Virus record (IMG/VR): IMGVR_UViG_3300017719_000005
From: an uncultured virus (IMG/VR IMGVR_UViG_3300017719_000005)
Lineage: Duplodnaviria; Heunggongvirae; Uroviricota; Caudoviricetes; Kyanoviridae
DNA: 20,000 bases
Direction: 5' to 3' (one strand)
The translations under genes and the position numbers were made by a program. The notes under the pieces are model-generated. The model was given only the letters and a program-made list of their open reading frames with translations, had not been told where the DNA came from and ran no database searches. Every line of letters starts with the position of its first letter. Within the stretch, counting starts at the first letter, position 1. Below are positions 16,027 to 20,000 of this stretch, one piece after another.

Positions 16027-16580
16027 TAAGTAAGTCGCTTGTCTCGTTGGTAGGTGACAGTATCTTGTATCTCAAAGCGCATGTATTGGAATGTTACTTG
16101 TGCCATGGCATACTCTGTGCCATCTATTGTAGCATTAAATTCTAGTGCATTCAACCCAGTGGGAATCAGTCCCTCAAACTGGACGTTGAAATTCATTTTG
16201 AAGTTGCTGTTGAGCACAGACAACGTTGCGTCAGCATATAGATCATCATTACCAAAGAGTGCAGTCATCTTATTTCTAAAATCAATTCTCTCTACAGTAT
16301 CGTTAGGTGTTCCTAAAGCACGGATCCAGTTGTGCATGATCATGTAGTTAGTCATGTCCTCATCTACAAGGAATGATAACGTAAAAGGATCGTACGTCAT
16401 AAAACCCTCCAGAGGTAGTGCTCTGTAGGGTGTAGGTTGCTGTTGAATACCTAATGTGATCTGTGGGATGTTTGCAGACTGTGCAAAATATGCAACCTTA
16501 GGATACTTGGCAAGGGTAAACCTAAATCCAATAGGCGACAGGAAATTCCTGTTTTCAATTTGCTTATTCCAAGTTGCCAT
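16026..16580 (-). CDS. gp3: Tail completion / sheath stabiliser gp3
   Basis: NRNFLSPIGFRF, PKVAYFAQSANIP, FLVDEDMTNYMIMHNWI, LEFNAT...AQVTFQY; preceded by a late promoter. Confidence 0.9.
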   Translation of the reverse strand: MATWNKQIENRNFLSPIGFRFTLAKYPKVAYFAQSANIPQITLGIQQQPTPYRALPLEGFMTYDPFTLSFLVDEDMTNYMIMHNWIRALGTPNDTVERIDFRNKMTALFGNDDLYADATLSVLNSNFKMNFNVQFEGLIPTGLNALEFNATIDGTEYAMAQVTFQYMRFEIQDTVTYQRDKRLT

Positions 16581-16604
16581 GTGTCATAGGATATCTTGTC
16601 CTAG

Positions 16605-16612
16605 TATTTATA
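16605..16612 (-). promoter_or_regulatory. T4-type late promoter (TATAAATA) for gp3-uvsY-uvsW
   Basis: Exact TATAAATA on the minus strand, 24 nt before the gp3 ATG, overlapping the upstream stop codon. Confidence 0.85.
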
Positions 16613-16808
16613 GCAAAGTATGTATATCCAACCAGGGGAATACGGGCTCTATCACTCCAATAAGTCGAAGCAAACCCTCAGCAAAAAGTGCAAGAACAAT
16701 CCACCCAACAAACACTGAAATAATTGAAGCGTTACGATTATGTTGTCGTATTGCATCATCGATCATCTCCTTGCATTTTTCCTCTGTGACGTAGTTACTC
16801 TCCGCCAT
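16608..16808 (-). CDS. Small membrane hypothetical protein, 66 aa
   Basis: MAESNYVTEEKCKEMIDDAIRQHNRNASIISVFVGWIVLALFAEGLLRLIGVIEP...; start moved from 16895 to 16808 because the upstream part is occupied by the 44-aa ORF in another frame. Confidence 0.75.
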   Translation of the reverse strand: MAESNYVTEEKCKEMIDDAIRQHNRNASIISVFVGWIVLALFAEGLLRLIGVIEPVFPWLDIHTLL

Positions 16809-16929
16809 CGTCAGATCTTTCCCAGAAATCTTCCCAGTCTTTAGCATCACCTTCGGTGATAGTCTCAGACTTCTCTTGCTCTTTTTCCTTGGCATCTAGG
16901 AAGTCATCGATGAAGTCTAGATCTTTCAT
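16795..16929 (-). CDS. Small acidic hypothetical protein, 44 aa (not in ORF track)
   Basis: Manual translation MKDLDFIDDFLDAKEKEQEKSETITEGDAKDWEDFWERSDDGGE*; ATGA overlap with the upstream ORF and 14-nt overlap with the downstream ORF. Confidence 0.65.
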   Translation of the reverse strand: MKDLDFIDDFLDAKEKEQEKSETITEGDAKDWEDFWERSDDGGE

Positions 16930-17087
16930 TCTCTATACTCTTGTAAGTGATCAAGTACACAGTTTAGCGCATGATGAGCACCATCGTGCCACTCGTCATG
17001 TTCTTCCTCATGCTCATTATATAGTGCTGTCTTCAGCTTGTATATCTTGGCAAGGAGGTCAACCTTTTGCATCCTAGTCCTAGGCAT
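16926..17087 (-). CDS. Small His-rich hypothetical protein, 53 aa (not in ORF track)
   Basis: Manual translation MPRTRMQKVDLLAKIYKLKTALYNEHEEEHDEWHDGAHHALNCVLDHLQEYRE*; weak GAGAG RBS and a late-promoter-like sequence upstream. Confidence 0.7.
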   Translation of the reverse strand: MPRTRMQKVDLLAKIYKLKTALYNEHEEEHDEWHDGAHHALNCVLDHLQEYRE

Positions 17088-17108
17088 ATTACTCTCACAG
17101 TATACAGG

Positions 17109-17116
17109 TATTTAAC
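17109..17116 (-). promoter_or_regulatory. Possible late promoter variant (GTTAAATA)
   Basis: TAAATA core 21 nt upstream of the 17087 ATG and directly after a terminator. Confidence 0.5.
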
Positions 17117-17140
17117 AAAAAAGCACCCACTAGGGGTGCT
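17117..17140 (-). terminator. Intrinsic terminator after the Cys-rich small gene
   Basis: Minus strand AGCACCC-CTAGT-GGGTGCT followed by a T run. Confidence 0.8.
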
Positions 17141-17167
17141 CTGACAAGGTTTACTGTGAGGGGACTC

Positions 17168-17326
17168 TCACACAAGCAACTCCCTACAGATCTTTTTACA
17201 TGCAGTTTGACTCTGGATATCGCACTCAATTAGACATTCATAATAATCATTCAAGCTTTGCTCCTCTACAGTTTCCTCAAAATGTCTCCACTCGTTGAGT
17301 TGATTTCTTGATGTTAGACTGTGCAT
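17168..17326 (-). CDS. Small Cys-rich protein, 52 aa, twin CxxxC (not in ORF track)
   Basis: Manual translation MHSLTSRNQLNEWRHFEETVEEQSLNDYYECLIECDIQSQTACKKICRELLV*; GAGGT RBS at 17337-17333; has its own terminator. Confidence 0.8.
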   Translation of the reverse strand: MHSLTSRNQLNEWRHFEETVEEQSLNDYYECLIECDIQSQTACKKICRELLV

Positions 17327-17350
17327 TTGAATACCTCAAATCTGCTTAAC

Positions 17351-17358
17351 TACTTATG
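17351..17358 (-). promoter_or_regulatory. Possible late promoter variant (CATAAGTA)
   Basis: Two mismatches to TATAAATA; 24 nt upstream of the 17326 ATG, the same spacing as the gp3 late promoter. Confidence 0.4.
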
Positions 17359-17414
17359 TTTGTTTTGATATCGTAACTAAGTTTCCTTACTTTTTAACGT
17401 AACTATACAAAGAC

Positions 17415-17442
17415 AAAAAAAGACCCCCCTTGCGGGAGGTCT
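17415..17442 (-). terminator. Intrinsic terminator after gp23
   Basis: Minus strand AGACCTCCC-GCAA-GGGGGGTCT (one G-U pair, GNRA loop) followed by TTTTTT. Confidence 0.9.
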
Positions 17443-17482
17443 GAAAGGACATGTTGGGCAACCAGCGCCACAACATCCAGGA

Positions 17483-18844
17483 TCACATGAGGTTGGTGAC
17501 CTTAACACGTCTGTAGTAACGGTTAGCGTTAGCGGTGAGAGCACCTTGACCTTGGGTAAGACCTTCAGCGAATGGGTTAGCGACCATTCCGTAACGAGTC
17601 TTAAATCCAATTTTTGGTTGGAAGGTATCAGGACCCACAGCGCGGACCATCTGGAGGGGCACATAAGGGCAGTAGAAGAGACCTGCGTCATAAGCACTGC
17701 TACCTTTGTAACCAGCCACATAGAAGTGAGCATCGGAAACGTTGGCAGAGTAAGGATCGACGTAGACCTTAATACGACCGTTAAGCGTACCAGCAAGGGT
17801 GCTGCTGTTGTCGTCGGGCAGCAACTGAGCGTTACCAGACAGAGCAGGGGTGTAGTCAAGCACACCAGCCATGGACAGAGCGGAAGCCACATCAGCAGAG
17901 CAGATGAGGATGTTGCCCTTCCCACGACGAGTCTCGTGACCAATCGCATTCATGTCTCTCTCGATTTGGAAGAGAAGACCTTTGAATTTCTCAACTGACC
18001 AGCGACCGTTGGAGTCAACGTCGAGGTCAAACACACCTGCAGTTGCAGTGTTGTTCTGAGCACCAGGACGAGCAATCTTGTAAACAGTACGGACAACCTC
18101 ACGGTTGATCTCTGCCAGCACTTCAGTGCTGAGGATGTTTGCAAGCTCGCTTTCGGCATCCAAACCATGGACTGCCTTAAGGTCCTGAGCAAGCTCAAGA
18201 CTGTATTCTGCTTTCAGAGCTCTTGACTTCGCAGTAACGGTGACCTTCTCGATCGAGAAGCCCATTTCGTTGAAGTGGTTAGAAGCGCCATCACCCAGTG
18301 TTTCAGACTGAGCAGTGGTCATGCCCTGACCGCCGATCGTGTACTGACCAGCACCATCAGCAAGCAGACCAGGATTAGATCCAGTCTGAGTGTTAGATGC
18401 AAGACCGTTTGCACTATTCTCGGAAGAATGCTCGGAGTTAACTTCGTTGAAGAAAGTCTCAACGCCGCTGTTAGCGATGTCTCTGTTGGTGCCCGTTGTG
18501 GAGCGCATTGCAAAGATCAGTCCAGTAGGACCAGTCATTGGTTGCACGCCGCAGATGTCATAAGCAATAAGCTTAGGCATGGAGCGTCTGATCAGAGAGA
18601 TCAGCACAGGGTCGAAACCTGCGACAGGACCAGTTGCGGTGCTGCCACCTGAGAAGCCAGTGCCGCCCAGTGAGTTAGTAGGAGCAGCTTCTGTTACCAG
18701 ACCGCGCTCTTCCTTAAGGAATTTTTCTTGGTTCTCCAAGAGGACTGAGGTAACCGCCTTTCTGTAGGTATCCTTAATAGGATCGAGCTCATTGTGCTCA
18801 AGAATGGGGTTCCACTTTTCCTGGAGTGATTCTGCGTTAAACAT
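17483..18844 (-). CDS. gp23: Major capsid protein gp23
   Basis: LQEKWNPIL, LLENQE, FDPVLISLIRR, CGVQPMTGPTGLIFAMR, KSRALKAEYSLELAQDLKAVHGLDAE, FQPKIGFKTRYG. Confidence 0.99.
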   Translation of the reverse strand: MFNAESLQEKWNPILEHNELDPIKDTYRKAVTSVLLENQEKFLKEERGLVTEAAPTNSLGGTGFSGGSTATGPVAGFDPVLISLIRRSMPKLIAYDICGVQPMTGPTGLIFAMRSTTGTNRDIANSGVETFFNEVNSEHSSENSANGLASNTQTGSNPGLLADGAGQYTIGGQGMTTAQSETLGDGASNHFNEMGFSIEKVTVTAKSRALKAEYSLELAQDLKAVHGLDAESELANILSTEVLAEINREVVRTVYKIARPGAQNNTATAGVFDLDVDSNGRWSVEKFKGLLFQIERDMNAIGHETRRGKGNILICSADVASALSMAGVLDYTPALSGNAQLLPDDNSSTLAGTLNGRIKVYVDPYSANVSDAHFYVAGYKGSSAYDAGLFYCPYVPLQMVRAVGPDTFQPKIGFKTRYGMVANPFAEGLTQGQGALTANANRYYRRVKVTNLM

Positions 18845-18874
18845 TTTAGACTCTTAGGTTAAATGAAAGGGTTA

Positions 18875-19909
18875 TTACTTGTTCCAGCGGGAGATCGCTT
18901 GGGCATATGCTGCCATAGCGTCACCAACAGGAAGATTCTCAACTTGGACATCCTCAGTGACAGTAGTCACTTCAGGCTTAGTGGAGAAATACGATTCACG
19001 GAGGGTAGAGACCTTCGCACGGAAAGACTCTTCATTTTCAAACTCAACAGCTTCCGCCAGGGATACAATCTTCTCGCGTTGAGCGAGTGATAGTCCCTCA
19101 GCGATCTCTGTCACAATCCCATTCTTGATATAGGTGCCGACGCTCTTATTAAGCTCGACATTTTCTTCAATAGACTCGTTGAGTTTTGTTTCCATTACAT
19201 CGAGTTGTGTCTGAATTTCTTCTACAACATCAACTTTTTCTTCGGGGAGATCAATATAGTTCTCCACGAAAACTTGCTTGAGACCTGCAAGCATGGACTC
19301 AGCCATTTCGGTTTTGATACCCTGCTCAATGGCGAGCTCATTCTTTGTCATCCATTGACCAACAGCATAAGTCAGATACTCATCGACTTTTTCTGCGAGG
19401 TCGGACTTAACAGACTCAATTTCTTCTTCAAGGACTTTAGCGTAGTCCTCGTGCATACGCTCCAACTCTTCGTTGATGCGTGATACGACTGCTGCTTCAA
19501 AGATCGTTTTTGCTTTCTCTTTGAATTCTTCAGTCAGCTCTTCACCTTCGGTAAGAGCAGCAACATCAGCAGAAAGGTCTACTTCAATTACAGTCTCCTG
19601 AGGCTCTTCAGCAATCACATCGCCCTCGGGCTCGTGACCTGCCTTTACATCACCCTTAGCAGCAAATTCTGCTTTAGCGCCAGAGGCGTCAGAGGGTTTT
19701 GTTGTAGGTGCAGCAGCATTTCCACCAGCAACAGTCTTATACTTATTGCTGTCATCTGTGGGTTTGCTATTCTGTGGTGTTGGACCACCGAGATCTTGTA
19801 CTCCAGCGAGACTACTACCGTCAGCGCCCAGTTTGGGCTGTGGTTCGGCAGGTTTTGCGCCAGCGGTTACACTCGATTCATCCAGAGTTGTTTCAATCTC
19901 TTGTGACAT
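18875..19909 (-). CDS. gp22: Prohead core scaffold protein gp22
   Basis: Acidic coiled coil, EEFKEKAKTIFEAAV, KVDEYLTY, LAEAVEF, LRESYF, MAAYAQAISR; AGGAG RBS; directly upstream of gp23. Confidence 0.95.
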   Translation of the reverse strand: MSQEIETTLDESSVTAGAKPAEPQPKLGADGSSLAGVQDLGGPTPQNSKPTDDSNKYKTVAGGNAAAPTTKPSDASGAKAEFAAKGDVKAGHEPEGDVIAEEPQETVIEVDLSADVAALTEGEELTEEFKEKAKTIFEAAVVSRINEELERMHEDYAKVLEEEIESVKSDLAEKVDEYLTYAVGQWMTKNELAIEQGIKTEMAESMLAGLKQVFVENYIDLPEEKVDVVEEIQTQLDVMETKLNESIEENVELNKSVGTYIKNGIVTEIAEGLSLAQREKIVSLAEAVEFENEESFRAKVSTLRESYFSTKPEVTTVTEDVQVENLPVGDAMAAYAQAISRWNK

Positions 19910-19949
19910 TTTGTCTCCTGGTTTACAAACGTGCGATATTTGCTATAGT

Positions 19950-19957
19950 TATTTATA
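19950..19957 (-). promoter_or_regulatory. T4-type late promoter (TATAAATA) for gp22-gp23
   Basis: Exact TATAAATA on the minus strand between the gp21 stop and the gp22 start. Confidence 0.85.
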
Positions 19958-19959
19958 GA

Positions 19960-20000
19960 TTAAAGATTTTTGATGAAGGAGTGAAACGCGGAAAGTTTCA
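19960..20000 (-). CDS. gp21: C-terminus of prohead protease gp21 (partial)
   Basis: Manual translation ...KLSAFHSFIKNL* ending at TAA 19962-19960; synteny upstream of gp22. Confidence 0.7.
   Translation of the reverse strand, partial: KLSAFHSFIKNL

Noticed and set aside
16809..16895. Basic N-terminal extension (MPRKKSKRSLRL...) of the 16608..16895 ORF
   Set aside because: It overlaps the ATGA-coupled 44-aa acidic ORF in another frame; the ATG at 16808 gives a normal short overlap.
16581..17482. Absence of gp24 (vertex protein) after gp23
   Set aside because: T4-like cyanophages generally lack gp24 at this position, so this is not unusual.
17509..18513. Long same-strand +1-frame ORFs inside gp23 (the upstream part of 17377..17949, plus 17950..18198 and 18319..18513) as independent genes
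   Set aside because: All lie in the same shifted frame and are Leu/Val/Ser/Thr-rich without motifs, as expected from codon bias in a highly expressed gene. Only the Cys-rich tail beyond the gp23 stop is kept as a finding.
250..19958. Numerous plus-strand ORFs of 60-150 aa
   Set aside because: They are almost entirely antisense to well-supported minus-strand genes and show no recognisable motifs, so they are shadow ORFs.
1..20000. tRNA, CRISPR array, intron, intein or homing endonuclease
   Set aside because: Intergenic gaps are short and accounted for, core genes look normal in length and uninterrupted, and I saw no cloverleaf or repeat-spacer pattern by eye (tRNAscan and Infernal were not run).

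Overview
This window is a segment of a T4-like cyanomyovirus (Kyanoviridae-type marine cyanophage) genome, and essentially all genes lie on the minus strand. Reading in transcription order from right to left: end of prohead protease gp21, scaffold gp22, major capsid gp23, a cassette of four very small ORFs, tail completion gp3, UvsY, UvsW, an Sm-like hypothetical, late sigma factor gp55, two small ORFs, gp47, a DUF3110-like gene, gp46, a CobT-like HExxH/vWA protein, a DenV-like glycosylase, a CobS-like AAA+ ATPase, a hypothetical, sliding clamp gp45, clamp loader gp44, five genes inserted between the loader subunits (including two 2OG-Fe(II) oxygenases and a DNA adenine methylase), gp62, RegA and two membrane hypotheticals. 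Four ORFs under 60 aa and two partial edge ORFs are absent from the supplied track and were translated by hand. The most unusual signals are: (1) a CDPGCCGAGCPTCPF peptide in the +1 frame across the gp23 stop codon, running into the gp23 terminator; (2) a twice-repeated promoter module (20-bp quasi-palindrome, GC hairpin, CTGTGTATAAT) in front of the cobT-like and cobS-like genes; (3) back-to-back sigma70 promoters upstream of gp55, one firing antisense; (4) the oxygenase-oxygenase-methylase block splitting gp44 from gp62. All family assignments come from motif recognition and synteny; no database search was run.
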